Part shown: in pieces, positions 11,831 through 23,162 of the stretch | Layout: every line of letters begins with the position of its first letter | Position numbering within the stretch: position 1 is the first letter of the stretch | From: Macrostomum lignano | Lineage: Eukaryota | Length of the DNA stretch: 64,000 nucleotides | Reading direction: 5' to 3' | NCBI GenBank assembly: GCA_002269645.1 | Contig: NIVC01000093.1 | Location: forward strand, 930,001 to 994,000 | Notes under the pieces: generated by a model | The model's input: the letters and a program-made list of their open reading frames with translations, nothing else | Databases searched by the model: none | Told to the model about the DNA's origin: nothing | Position numbers and translations under genes: made by a program

Positions 11831-14046
11831 TTGTTTATTATTTTACATTGACTTTATCAACTAGTATGTATTCGGAAATATCCTCATAACTACTTAATTT
11901 TCTTTTTCATCGTACTTGGAAAAACAGTCATCAGCTTACACGACGGCTGAGGTTTAAGAAATGATTCTTAAAAGGGTTGTTCTCTTCATAGTCAGTAAGG
12001 CACTCGTGATTCGGCATCGTCACCTCGCCTACCAAAAAGTCTATGAAGAACAAAGCCCAACAATACTGTAGGCAAAATATCAGATATAATCCAAAAGAAG
12101 TCGTTAGTAATGAGAAACAGGAGTGTCGCTTTCGATTGTAATTATGAATGGTGCTATTGAATTTTTTACTCTAGACGTAGACAGAATTCTAGTTTATTTA
12201 CTTTAAAAAGTATTTGTCATTCGACATCAACTTGACAATTGGCAAAAGCAAGGCATGCAATATGTGTGCACAATTGTTACTTTATGAAAGCATTTAGCAT
12301 TACAACTTGGGGGTTATTTACGATTGAAATACGGTGTTTTCATGTAACATCTAGGGGTCTACACAGTTGTTAATTATTAGTAGCTGTAGCTGCTCTTGCA
12401 AAGAAAACAAATTGCTACTCCGCTTTCATCTATCCTTGATTGGTGACCCAGTTTTTGCCCCTTGGCTTAAAAGCAACGGTCGAAAAGCTACTAGCTATAG
12501 AAATATCTTTCTTTAATGGTAAATTTAGAATCGAAGCACATGAGCGTATCGCGTAAAATTACTAGCACTGCTTTATCTCTTTAGACAAGCCACGTGCAGG
12601 TAGTTGTTTAGCCGTAAATTATCTTGACTCTATCATGACAAAAAGCCTTAGGAGATATTCGCCCGTCCGTTTGACATTGCTGTTCTGGCTGTGACTGTTT
12701 TAATAGATTTTATGATCCAACTTTCTTTTAAGTCACCCTCTGGTTTAATATCGATTTTTCTGTTTAACCCGTGTCCCCATATGTTAGTCCCGCTCCCTTA
12801 ACCCTCTCCGCAAGCTGTTTTTAATCGAAACCTACTTTGTCGGTTGGCATAGGAACTTAGCAATTTTCAGCTCTATAGCAAGAGAAAAACAACAGTAAAA
12901 AGTACGTACGAAGTATGCACTTAGAATACGATTAATGTCCCTTGACACAAAGCTATACAAGCTACAAGTGATGTATCTGCAGCTCATGAAAAACGATTAT
13001 TATAGTACAGTACTTGTATATGAACCTTTATTTGTATGCTGATATGAGCCTACTGAATAAGAGTTAATAAATATTACAATTAAAATGGTTATCAATATTT
13101 TCTATGGCAAGGCGTGATTACAATAAGTACACGTATCTATATAGGCGTACGAGAGCGCACAATATAATTCTTTCACTAACACGTTTCATTTATGCACTGC
13201 AATATGGTGACAATTTTTCCAAGCTATTGTTCAAGATTTTGAAAAACCATACAATTTAGTACGAATACAACAAAAACGTTTGTGAACTTTTGATAAAAAA
13301 TATTAAACGTTTAAGATAAAACTGCGCATGTTTACGAAGCTTTGCCTTCGCTTTGATGATGCAAAAAGTTAATGATCCATTTGTCAGTTGCTATTCATGT
13401 CGCTTGCTTTAAAAATCCTCCACATGCAGACCTAATCGTAGTGCAAGCTTGTTATTACACTTTAACTTCGTCTTTGAGGATGCAAAGCGTTTTAAATTTT
13501 TATCCGCGTTAACTGTCAAACTCCATTTGAGCAGATCCCACTCCATTTTCAGCTCGTGTATTTATCTCTGCTTTTGTGGTCAGAAAGAGGTAATTATATA
13601 GATTCTCTGCCCTGACCGTCGACTATAACCTTTTAATTCTTCGAAACCACTTAACTGCTTCGACCTGCATGCTCTCTTACTCTAACCTGTCCTTTACGGA
13701 CTATTATCCAATTCTCCTTTGTTCCCGATCAGTTGGGCCAACAAGTATCTAACACGACTGATGCACAACGCGACTGAATAGCAACATGTGATGCAAAACT
13801 ATGATCATTTTGATATCCGTTTAGGTTCACAATAGATAAATGGGCCTTCACTAAATAGGGAGTTATGGAATAAAATTACATTACTTTCACTGCTAGGGAC
13901 TGAATTGTGGGATGATTTCACAACAATTTCGGTTTCCGATGGTTTTGGGATTCTAATGCGCTAGATAGAATTTGCACTGATAAGAATCCAGTGCTTTTAA
14001 GTCCTTTCAAGTCCTCCTAGGTAAGCCATAAAAATGTCGGTCAGTT

Positions 14047-14241
14047 CTACAGGCTGCCTTTCTTTCTATTCGAACCCTCGGCTGCCGCTGCTCGCTCGGC
14101 GTCCCTATCTAGGCGCGAAATGGTGGCACTCATCTCCTGGATGTCCTCGCGCAGGTCGGACATCTGCGCGTTAAGCGTCTGTATCTGTTGGGGCGACAAA
14201 TGCCTTTGACGCTTCTTTATCTCGGCTAGAAGGCAGTCGAG
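14047..14241 (-). CDS. PH-domain protein, terminal exon (coiled coil)
   Basis: Acceptor tttcttcatttgcag|, phase 0. LDCLLAEIKKRQRHLSPQQIQTLNAQMSDLREDIQEMSATISRLDRDAERAAAAEGSNRKKGSL* shows a heptad pattern. Confidence 0.8.
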   Translation of the reverse strand, partial: LDCLLAEIKKRQRHLSPQQIQTLNAQMSDLREDIQEMSATISRLDRDAERAAAAEGSNRKKGSL

Positions 14242-14482
14242 CTGCAAATGAAGAAATAAAATAACGGCAAGCAATTAACTGAAGCAATATTTATCGGAAA
14301 CTCATATCTGTGGTAATGCGTTTCGTGCAAGCCCACTAACTTTGCACTGAATCAATAGGCCATAGTCGTCCACAGTGGCCGGTCTGCCCGTGCGTTCAAC
14401 AAGTAGGTTACTAAACTCCAGACTATTTTGGCTTCCTACCATAGATGAACGAAATATCTATTCAATCAAAGCAATTTTGCAC

Positions 14483-14566
14483 CTGTATTTGAGTTGATAT
14501 TCGGCGACGCTTGAGTTCGGCAACCTCCTCGGGTGTGAGCAGCTCCAGTGGATCTCCGGTCACGTT
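14483..14566 (-). CDS. PH-domain protein, penultimate exon
   Basis: ataatttcag|NVTGDPLELLTPEEVAELKRRRISTQIQ|GTGCAA; 84 nt, phase 0-0, joins in frame to the terminal exon. Confidence 0.75.
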
Positions 14567-15534
14567 CTGAAATTATTTTTTGAGAAAAACTTTGGGTTGA
14601 GAAATGAAATCCAGTTTGATGTCTTATGATGCCTAAGTTTATAAGAATGTTTGACAATAGATGGCCTTTATAATGGACACTGAGTTCCTGTATAACTCTC
14701 ATGACAGCAGCTTCTAAATTACATTTCAAGCTAAGAACTAGCTGCTAAGCAATGACTGGAGAAACTCATTTTCGTACAAACATTGCTTCTACACAACTGA
14801 TTCAATATTTCTCTCTCCTATATTCTGCCTCTATCCCTGTTTGCTCGTCCAGGACTTTTCACGAAAAAACCTACAGAGAGTAGCTGCATATATTAGACAA
14901 GACGCTGCATGCATTGCCTGTTCCCTCGCAGCAATGCGTGTTTGCTCTGCTGCATGCATCCCATCCCTTTCTGCCTCTTCCCTTGCTCTCGAGACAATGT
15001 GGGACTCACCCCGCAATGGCACAAAAGCATATGCCTAAAAAGCATCAAAGCCTATCATTTAGCGAATCCTTTAGAAGTTGAGCCTACTCAATACCCACTC
15101 CTCACTTGCATGCTAGCGGGGTGTGCTTATATTTAATTCTTGTGTTTTCTAAGTATTTAGCATTGGATGATACGAAAATAAAATAAAACAAAACATTTCG
15201 CCCTGTTAAACCAGCTAAAACTACTTTAGAATGTTGTTTAAAGATTCTGCAACTGGGTAGTGGCCTTGCGCTGTGCCTATAGCTCTGTACATATTATATT
15301 GTAGACCAGTGATCGTACCACTTTTACTTTTTACTGATCGCCCCAACCCCATATTACGCTCAATCGTGTAACGTACTGTATGCTTTCACTCAGCTTATAA
15401 ATGTCGACCTAGAGTATCTGTCTCAAATATACCCTTTTCGTTTTCATCGCTTTATAGCTAATTGTCTCAATATAGTTATTCTAGCAACCACCTGATGTAA
15501 ACTAAAATAGAAATAATTTTGGAGTCGGTTGTCA

Positions 15535-16105
15535 GGGGACGCCAAAGCTTTGAGTCGAGTGGATGCCAAAGCTTTGAGTCTGGGGGATGCCACAGCTCAG
15601 GAGAAGCCAAGGCTTTGAGTCAGAAGATGCCAAAGCTTTGAGCCGAGGGGGATGCCAAAGCTTTGAGTCAGGGGGATGCCAAAGTTTTAGTCAAGAAATC
15701 CAAAGCTTTGAGTCGGGGGGGGGGATGCCAAAGCTTTGAGTCTGGGGGATGCCAAAGCTTTGAGTCGGGGGATGCCAAAGCTTTGAGTCGGGGGGTGCCA
15801 AAGCTTTGAGTCGGGGGGGGGATGCCAAAGCTTTAAGTCAGGGGGTGCCAAAGTTTTAGTCAGGAAATCCAAAGCTTTGAGTCGGGGGGGATGCCAAAGC
15901 TTTGAGTCGGGGCGGATGCCAAAGCTTTGAGTCGGGGGGGATGCCAAAGCTTTGAGTCAGGAGAAGCCAAGGCTTTGAGTCAGGGGGATGCCAAAGCTTT
16001 GAGTCAGGAGATGCCAAAGCTTGAGTTAGGAGACGCCAAGGCTTTGAGTCAGGAGATGCCAAAGCTTTGAGTCGGGGGGGGGGTGCCAAAGCTTTGAGTC
16101 AGGAG
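15535..16105. repeat. ~25-bp minisatellite with variable G-runs (GATGCCAAAGCTTTGAGTCGGGGG)n
   Basis: More than 20 directly visible copies; G-run length varies from 4 to 9. Confidence 0.95.
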
Positions 16106-16196
16106 ATTCCTACGAGCTCATACGATTTCCTGAGATAGATCTCTAGAACCGAAACTCTGGCATCTGTCTTGGACAAAGCTACAGTCTCTCCCTTAC

Positions 16197-16318
16197 ATAG
16201 TCTTCGTCGTCACTGTCAGCCTGCAGGTTGTCATCGGCGATGCAGTTGACGGTGATGGTTGGCGCGTGCGAGCCCTGATAGTAGATGGTGATTGACTCCT
16301 CGCCCGGTGAACATCCTC
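16197..16318 (-). CDS. PH-domain protein, internal exon (acidic, Tyr-containing)
   Basis: accattccag|(G)GCSPGEESITIYYQGSHAPTITVNCIADDNLQADSDDEDY|GTAAGG; phase 1-0, fits both neighbours. Confidence 0.7.
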
Positions 16319-16455
16319 CTGGAATGGTGGGGCCGTTTTGGGGGAGGCTCATTCAGACAGTTGGAGATTAAAAACTTCATCTGAGACAGTTAAGGCTTCA
16401 AACATCACAGGAGAGAGACAGAAGAGAGTCCCAGGTTTGTCTATCGCCCACTGAC

Positions 16456-16660
16456 CCTGCTTGCTCAGGCCGCTGTAGTGACCGCCGGTGCCCCCGCCAA
16501 GGCTGCTGCCGCCGCCACCAAGGCTGATTGCTCCACCGCTGCCTGCGCCTCCAACGGCGCTTCCGCCGGCTCCGCCGCCAGCGCCGCCCCCGCTGCTACC
16601 GCAGCCGCCAAGCTCGTCCAAGTTTGTACACGAGGCCATTATCTCGCGACTGCTTCGGGA
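16456..16660 (-). CDS. PH-domain protein, Gly-rich internal exon
   Basis: ccaattccag|SRSSREIMASCTNLDELGGCGSSGGGAGGG...SGLSKQ G|GTCAGT; phase 0-1. Confidence 0.65.
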
Positions 16661-16853
16661 CTGGAATTGGTTGGGTGATGAGATTTATTGACTGATAAGT
16701 TGGTTAGAGAACGACGTTGTTAAATAGAGATTTTTTTATCTCGAGCTTCTACTCTATATCTAAAACCGCAAGTTTGAAAAACAAGCAAGACTATTCGACG
16801 ATGTGATGTAGTTTATGAAATATTAAAAATATCGAGCTCATATGAAATTTTAC

Positions 16854-17003
16854 TGCCTTCGACGATGTAAAATTTTTAGCTCGTGGAACGGGAGGATTCG
16901 AGCCTGCGCCAGTTGCCCAGGGGCTGGGCAGCGGCCGGAGGCTGGAGAGAGAGGTTGGGTGGGATTGCTGCAAAACCGCATCAACGGACAGATGGCGGCT
17001 TAG
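16854..17003 (-). CDS. PH-domain protein, Pro/Ser-rich internal exon
   Basis: tcttacacag|LSRHLSVDAVLQQSHPTSLSSLRPLPSPWATGAGSNPPVPRAKNFTSSKA|GTAAAA; 150 nt, phase 0-0. Confidence 0.6.
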
Positions 17004-17355
17004 CTGTGTAAGACTAGGAGACTACAGACTAGCTGGGCTGTCTTTGGTAGATCGAGTTGTGAGGGTGTGAGAGCGACAGAGCAAGAAGACAGCTCTGAGC
17101 AGTTTGCTTTGCACTTTTCTTGGCTAGGGATCTCCCCCCCCCCGAACCCGATCTTGCAACTGGTACACTTGCAGCGTAAGGAACTTTAAGCAAGAATTGA
17201 AGCAGTCTTTTTGATCGGAATGGTAAATAAGGGTGGAAATTTTCAGAGTTGAAAAACTTGCGTGATTTAAAACACCCGATATCGATTTTTTGACCTATAA
17301 ACTTCATCAACGTCATCCAGGTTATTTACACTTTCGCTCGGTTATAGATACTATA

Positions 17356-17633
17356 CTCAGCAACATTGAAAAGTCGCCACCCTTTGCCCCAGTGAGCAGT
17401 GTCTTTCGACCAGCGTCTATCACCCGGTCAACCATTTTGATATTGATAAATGCTTAAAAAACAATGACAACCTAGCGGAAGCTTCAATGCATCCAGTCTT
17501 CGCCCTCCGCTCTTCCCAATCCCTCCGCACCCAGCTCTGCGTCGCGTGGCGCAAGTTGCGTCACTCAAAAGTCAATACTGAGCTAGAATTTACTGCGCAC
17601 TTTAAAAGATGGCGACTTTTTAATGTTATTGAG
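17356..17633. mobile_element. TA-flanked Tc1/mariner-type MITE
   Basis: TA|CTCAGCAACATTGAAAAGTCGCCA vs TGGCGACTTTTTAATGTTATTGAG|TA. Confidence 0.6.
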
Positions 17634-19119
17634 TATCTACAGCAAACTTTATTATTGCATGAGGCTAGCCTTTTTTTTCAAGAAACGAAAGTAATTTTAC
17701 TATTTTCCTTTTCTTTACGCGCACAATACATGCATTTATTATTTTTATCCCATGTCCCGACCGTCCCTCATCGATCAGTTTCAATCTCTCTTCATCAGTT
17801 CGTACGGGCATAAGCTATTAACGGCAGGGTACAGCTATCGTATTGCTAAATTATCAATTAATCAATTGGGATTGGGATTAAGTTCGAACTCGGGAGTGTG
17901 TGTGCGCGTGTGTGTTTGGCCTACTCAATCTAACGAACTAATTGTATCGGTAAAAGCTACGTCTTCTCTCGTATTCAGAAATTTTCCTGGTGTCCAGTTT
18001 CTCGCACAGGAAATCTGGTTACAAACCTGTATAGTAAACACGTGAAGGTATAGTTAAAGATTGAGAATAAGCCATCGAGTCAGGCCTTTGAGTGCTACAC
18101 GACAGCAAAGTTAAATGCATAGCTATTAGCATTGCTTTTGTCGATCCGGTCTGTAGTTTCACTGAAAGCTAACAAAATCCATACCAGTAAGGAACTGGAG
18201 GGATTCTTCTGTTTGATTTCTCACAGCTTAATTAGTCCTTAATTAGTAGTTTATGTAAAAATTAAGAGTAAAAATTGTTGATTAATTTCCATTTCCATTA
18301 GTCTCTTCAAACTTAAAGCAGATTAACATGGGAGACCACTTTGAAATAAACGCACCGAACTGTTAAACGAAAAAAATATGGAAAGTGCTTCTGTTTTTAG
18401 CGCATCTCTTCACCATAGACATCAGGGCGAATGAGTGATTCAAGTGCACAATGTAGTCTGTAACATTAGTGTAATTCTATAACTGCACGCGAGATGAGAT
18501 CAGACTGAGTAACAAGAAATGACGATGTGCGTGAGAAAAGCCGGCGCAGACGTGAGCAGCTATGCGCTTTATATGCATGCCGGGCCTGAGCCTCGCATGC
18601 GAGGCGAGCTAAAAAAGACGATCGTGTTCGAAGAAAGACGACTGATGGAGGGCAAAGACATGCAAGTGGCTTTGACTCTGACCCGAAACCTCACCCGGTT
18701 AGGTTAGAAGGGATGGGGAGCCTCGTAGGAGGAAGAGAGGACGCAACCGGATCGGCGAGTCCAACATAACTGGAAAGAACAGATTGTATATTTTAGTTCG
18801 GCAGATTCGAGCGGAGATGATCCAATAAGTCCCAATGGGAGCTCTCCGCGCAGTTTGGCCTTTCAACGAGAAGGGAGGGGAAATGTAGAGGACGAGTGAA
18901 TGTCTGAGTAGAGATGCTCAGCGTTGAGCAGGGATGAGGGCAGGCGATGGGCCATGCCTTGATGCGGTTGAGCACCTTCGCCAAGACTAGCTAGCTGTCA
19001 AGGCTGGCCGGCTGTTCCTCTTTCTGCCTCTCTCCCTCTCCCCCTTCCTCCCCGTCTCTGTTTCATTTTGCCTGTTATGTCGAACTAAGGAAATGGGAAG
19101 GTTTCCTGCAGCTGCTCAC

Positions 19120-19179
19120 TTTTTCTGCGGGTTGCTGGCCAGTGTGTTGTTTTTCAACTATTTTTCCTCCGCAAATACT
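19120..19179 (-). CDS. PH-domain protein, possible 60-nt exon
   Basis: cccgccctgcag|SICGGKIVEKQHTGQQPAEK|GTGAGC; phase 0-0. Support is splice signals only. Confidence 0.4.
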
Positions 19180-19325
19180 CTGCAGGGCGGGCTTTAATGT
19201 TTAAACATGAAATTAAACTGCACCATACATTGTCCTTTGTTTCCGTTCATCTTTTGGTAGTTTAAAATGACATTATTTATAGCAATGCACCCTGCTCTAT
19301 CTGAGCAACTGCAGTGACTGCTCAC

Positions 19326-19810
19326 AATATTTAGTCCGTGCTTGCCATCCTTGCGCACGAACGCAGGCGACTGCGCCCTGCTGCCATTAGTCGATGACAA
19401 ATTGTGAAACGAATTGCTCAGACCGGATATTCGTCTCGCCTGCAGCGCGTTGAGGGCCTCCACGCTGCGCTCGGATTTTCGCTCGCCGCGCAGAATATTG
19501 TTGAGGCTCTCCTCCCAGCGTTTGAAATCGAAGCGATCCAACGGAGTCAGGTAGACACTCTTCTTCGAGTTGGAAAACCGTAGAGCCAAAGTGCGAACAT
19601 TCTGACTGCCAACGGCCTGCTGGAGTTGCTCCTTCTTGCTCGACGGAACCTCCTTGGAGCTCTCATCTAGCACCTCGAGCTCGTTGAAGTTCTCCAAGTT
19701 AACCTCGTATTCGGCGTTGCAAGCGCTGGACCGCTTCTTGAACATGTAGATTGTCTGGCACTTCAGCACGCCCCACAGCTTCTGACGCTTAGATTTCGGC
19801 TTTCGGTCAC
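19326..19810 (-). CDS. PH-domain protein, PH-domain exon
   Basis: KSKRQKLWGVLKCQTIYMFKK...EYEVNLENF...SVYLTPLDRFDFKRWEESLNNIL has the PH beta2-beta3 strands and C-terminal W-helix. Acceptor aatcag|, donor ATT|GTGAGC. Confidence 0.8.
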
Positions 19811-19914
19811 CTGATTGTTGATAGAGAAATGATTGTTTTTTTATGCGAGCCGGGTTATGGGGTTTCCTGTTTGTCTGGACGGGGGGGGCATTTTGAAAAC
19901 TCGAAACATGAAAC

Positions 19915-20130
19915 GTTTCACTTGTGAATGCCCCGTCTTTACTCAGGGCAGGCCCACCTGCCTCGGCCCAATCCCGGACTTTTCCAATGTTTTCAGGCCC
20001 GAGAATCTCTGCCAGCTCGTCCGCTACCAAAGGGCTACCGGGTAAGTAACCATCCACCTGGACTCTCCGAAAGGTGGACCAAGCTGCGGGCACCGCAGCA
20101 CCAGCTGCCCGTGGTCGCCAAGGGTTAACG
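19915..20130 (+). mobile_element. 5'-truncated non-LTR retrotransposon (LINE) 3' end, antisense in an intron
   Basis: [42 protein letters not shown] is closely related to the minus-strand copy at 54.3-54.5 kb. Confidence 0.7.
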
Positions 20131-20232
20131 GAATGGGCATCAACGCCTCACCGCTGTATCTGGATGCTAGGAGACTCCCTGCAACTGAGTCAAGTAAGCA
20201 AGCTTCTACCGCCACAGGAAGCTAACTCTCAC

Positions 20233-21090
20233 CTGAAGGTTTCCTTCCAGGTCAGGGGAGGTTATCGCTCCGTAGAACATCTTCGAATTTTCAATAATCG
20301 GAGCTCGAAAATTAAAGTAGCCCCAAAGAGAGTCGAATTTCTTTTTAAAGAACTTCGTCGAACACGGACTAGATGACAGAGGCACCTGCGACAACAGGGA
20401 GGCTTGAGATACGTGTCTCGGCGACTGCAAGCCCAAGTTGTTAGGCTTAGTCTCCAAGGGCAGGCTGAGGAACAAATAGGTGATGTCCAACTCTCTTGAG
20501 GCGGACATCATCTCGAACAGGCTCTGCGGATTGTAGCTGACTGGCGTGAACTCCAGGGTCAGATGAGGCGAGGACAGCAGGATGGAGTAGCCATTGATGA
20601 GGTCTAAAGTGCAGCTGTGCAGGCAGAGAGTCAGGTGAGGCGTCAACTCTTGTGCCAGAGCCTGCCATTCGGGCCTGGTTATACCCTGGTTCCCCCACTT
20701 CGCCAAGTCGTTACTCTCCGACGCCTGACACGCGGTCGACGACGTCCCGCACGTGGCAGGCGTTGATTGTCTGGCCATCAGCAGGAGGCCATCGGCGAGC
20801 ACCAGCACCATGGGCGGCTGGTCGCTCAACGGTCCGGTCCGCACCTCGCAGAGAAAATCTGGCAGGAGAATCTCCGTAGGCGGCAGAAGAAACTCGTTAG
20901 GCTCAGCGTGTTCTGTTGATTTCTCGTGGTATTCTTTCAGGCGCTGGAGGCAGGTGGCGGTGAAAGTGGCCTGGCGGCAGCGCACCACTTTGTGCGAGTT
21001 GATTAGGGTTATTAGCTTCGGGCGCACCTGGGAGTCCCAGCTGAGGCTCATGGTGCAGCAGGGTTGCAGTTGCAAAATTGGACTTTGAAC
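20233..21090 (-). CDS. PH-domain protein, large exon (putative first PH fold plus start of the second PH)
   Basis: 296-aa ORF with acceptor ataatgcag| and donor CAG|GTGAGA. MVLVLADGLLLMARQ resembles PH strands that follow DH domains; SPDLEGNLQ resembles PH beta1. The family (FARP/FGD/AFAP-like) cannot be settled by eye. Confidence 0.7.
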
Positions 21091-21139
21091 CTGCATTATG
21101 AAATCGTTTTAATCAGTTTAAAGCAGAACTTATGATTGT

Positions 21140-21900
21140 GCTCGTTTCATTTCACCCACCCCACTGCTCACCCACCCCACTGCTCACTTACCTCACTGCT
21201 CACCCACCCCACTGCTCACTTACCTCACTGCTCACCCACCCCACTGCTCACTTACCTCACTGCTCACCCACCTCACTGCTCACCCACCCCACTGCTCACC
21301 CACCCCACTGTTCAACCACCTAACTGCTCACCCACCCCACTGCTCACTTACCTCACTGCTCACTTACCTCACTGCTCACCCCACTGCTCACTTACCTCAC
21401 TGCTCACCACCCACTGCTCACCCACCCACTGCTCACTTACCTCACTGCTCACCCACCCCACTGCTCACTTACCTCACTGCTCACCACCCACTGCTCACCA
21501 CCTCACTGCTCACCCACCCCACTGCTCACCCACCCCACTGCTCACCACCTCACTGCTCACCACCCCACTGCTCACCCACCCCACTGCTCACTTACCTCAC
21601 TGCTCACCCACCCCACTGCTCACTTACCTCACTGCTCACTTACCTCACTGCTCACCCACCTCACTGCTCACTTACCTCACTGCTCACCCATCTCACTGCT
21701 CACCCATCTCACTGCTCACCCATCTCACTGCTCACCCATCTCACTGCTCACCCATCTCACTGCTCACCCATCTCACTGCTCACCCATCTCACTGCTCACC
21801 CATCTCACTGCTCACCCACCTCACTGCTCACCCACTACACTTTTCACCAACTAAACTGCCCACCAAGCTTACTGATTACCTTACTTCGCTGCTTACCCAC
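21140..21900. repeat. ~16-bp C-rich minisatellite (CTCACCCACCCCACTG / CTCACTTACCTCACTG / CTCACCCATCTCACTG)
   Basis: Three unit variants in patchy order, ~45 units. Confidence 0.95.
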
Positions 21901-22227
21901 TTTTCTAGTAAAAATTTCATAAAAATATGATTTCAGCAGACAACAAATAGATAGAATTACAAACAAAACAGGGCCTCACCCGTCCAGTAAAGTCAGCCTG
22001 GCTCGTCGACTCGGGCAAGAAACTCCTTGAAAGAAGTAAACAGGCGGCTTTTCCTGCCTTCTACCCGCGATGCCTCAGCTTGAATAGCTAGGGATAAACA
22101 ACTTCTGGGACTCGGTGATTCGCTGAGACAAAGCACTGGCTTTGACGGGGGAGGGGTTGAAGGAAGAGGAAGAGAAAGTGATAAGGGCTGCATACAGAAT
22201 TTCAAATGAAAATGGCGCGGCGCTCTC

Positions 22228-22800
22228 TTAAATTAAGTCACGTCTAGGAGTCCTTAAGAGTCCCCTAGAGTCTGTAAGAGTCCCTAAGATTCCCATACAG
22301 TCTATATGAGTCCCTAAGAGTCCCATTGAGTCTAAAGGAGTCCCTAAGATTCCGATAGAGTCTATATGAGTCCCTAAGAGTCCCATTGAGTCTATAAGAG
22401 TCCCTAAGATTCCGATAGAGTCTATATGAGTCCCTAAGAGTCCCATTGAGTCTATAAGAGTCCCTAAGAGTCCCTAAGAGTCCCTTCGAGTCTATAAGAG
22501 TCCCTAAGAGTCCCTTCGAGTCTATGAGAGTCCCTAAGAGTCTATATGAGTTTTTAAGAGTCCCATAGAGTCTATGTGAGTCCCTAAGAGTCCCATAGAG
22601 TCTTATATGAGTCCCTAAGAGTCCCTAAGAGTCCCCTTGAGTCACTACGACTCCTCAGAGTCTGTGAGTCCCATTCAGTCTGTAAGAGTTCCCTAAAAGT
22701 ACCCTATATAGTCCCCTAAAAGTTTATAAGAGTTTAAGAGTCTCTGAGAGTCCCTAGGAGCTTCTATAAAAATCCTTAGATTCCCTACGATTTCCTTAGA
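22228..22800. repeat. 10-bp-based satellite (GAGTCCCTAA variants) with a 60-bp higher-order period
   Basis: The 60-mers starting at 22321 and 22381 are near-identical; the array decays toward 22800. Confidence 0.9.
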
Positions 22801-22997
22801 CTCTAAAAATAACTTTTTATTTCAGTTAAAAAGAAAAAATTCCGTTTGCGCAAATTCCAAAACCGTTTGTTTTCTAACTGAACTTAAATGCTATTCTAAC
22901 CGTCTGTCTATTCTCAAATTTTTATCAAGGAAATATTACATAAAAAAATTCATGGCGAGGCTTAGTTGCTAGCCAAACTACACGATTAGCCAATTAC

Positions 22998-23162
22998 CAG
23001 GACACGGAGTGTGTGCACAGAGGCCTGACAATGAAAAAGGTGCGTGTGTACGAGTGCTTCAGGGGTCAGCTTTTCGCACTGCTCAAAAAAGCCAGTATTT
23101 TGAGCATCACTTTCTTGAACATCGGCACTGCGTAATAGCAACAGCTGTTCCGATCGATCCCG
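22998..23162 (-). CDS. PH-domain protein, possible upstream exon
   Basis: RDRSEQLLLLRSADVQESDAQNTGFFEQCEKLTPEALVHTHLFHCQASVHTLRVL|GTAATT; the phase 0 donor fits the acceptor at 21090. The acceptor of this exon is weak. Confidence 0.35.

Noticed and set aside
15476-15489. RFX X-box-like GTTATTCTAGCAAC
   Set aside because: It lies in an intron of the PH gene, far from any ciliary promoter. No convincing X-box was found by eye in 1195-2318 or 43997-45490; a PWM scan is needed.
18700-19000. Additional PH-gene exon containing EHLYSDI
   Set aside because: The frame hits a stop before any donor, so it cannot be placed in the exon chain.
21132-21930. His/Pro/Thr-rich 264-aa ORF
   Set aside because: Satellite translation, antisense to the PH gene.
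21980-22190. Coding exon of the PH gene (PLSLSLPLPSTPPPSK...)
   Set aside because: In-frame TGA occurs before the GTGAGG donor; it may be UTR or an alternative exon but cannot be supported as CDS.
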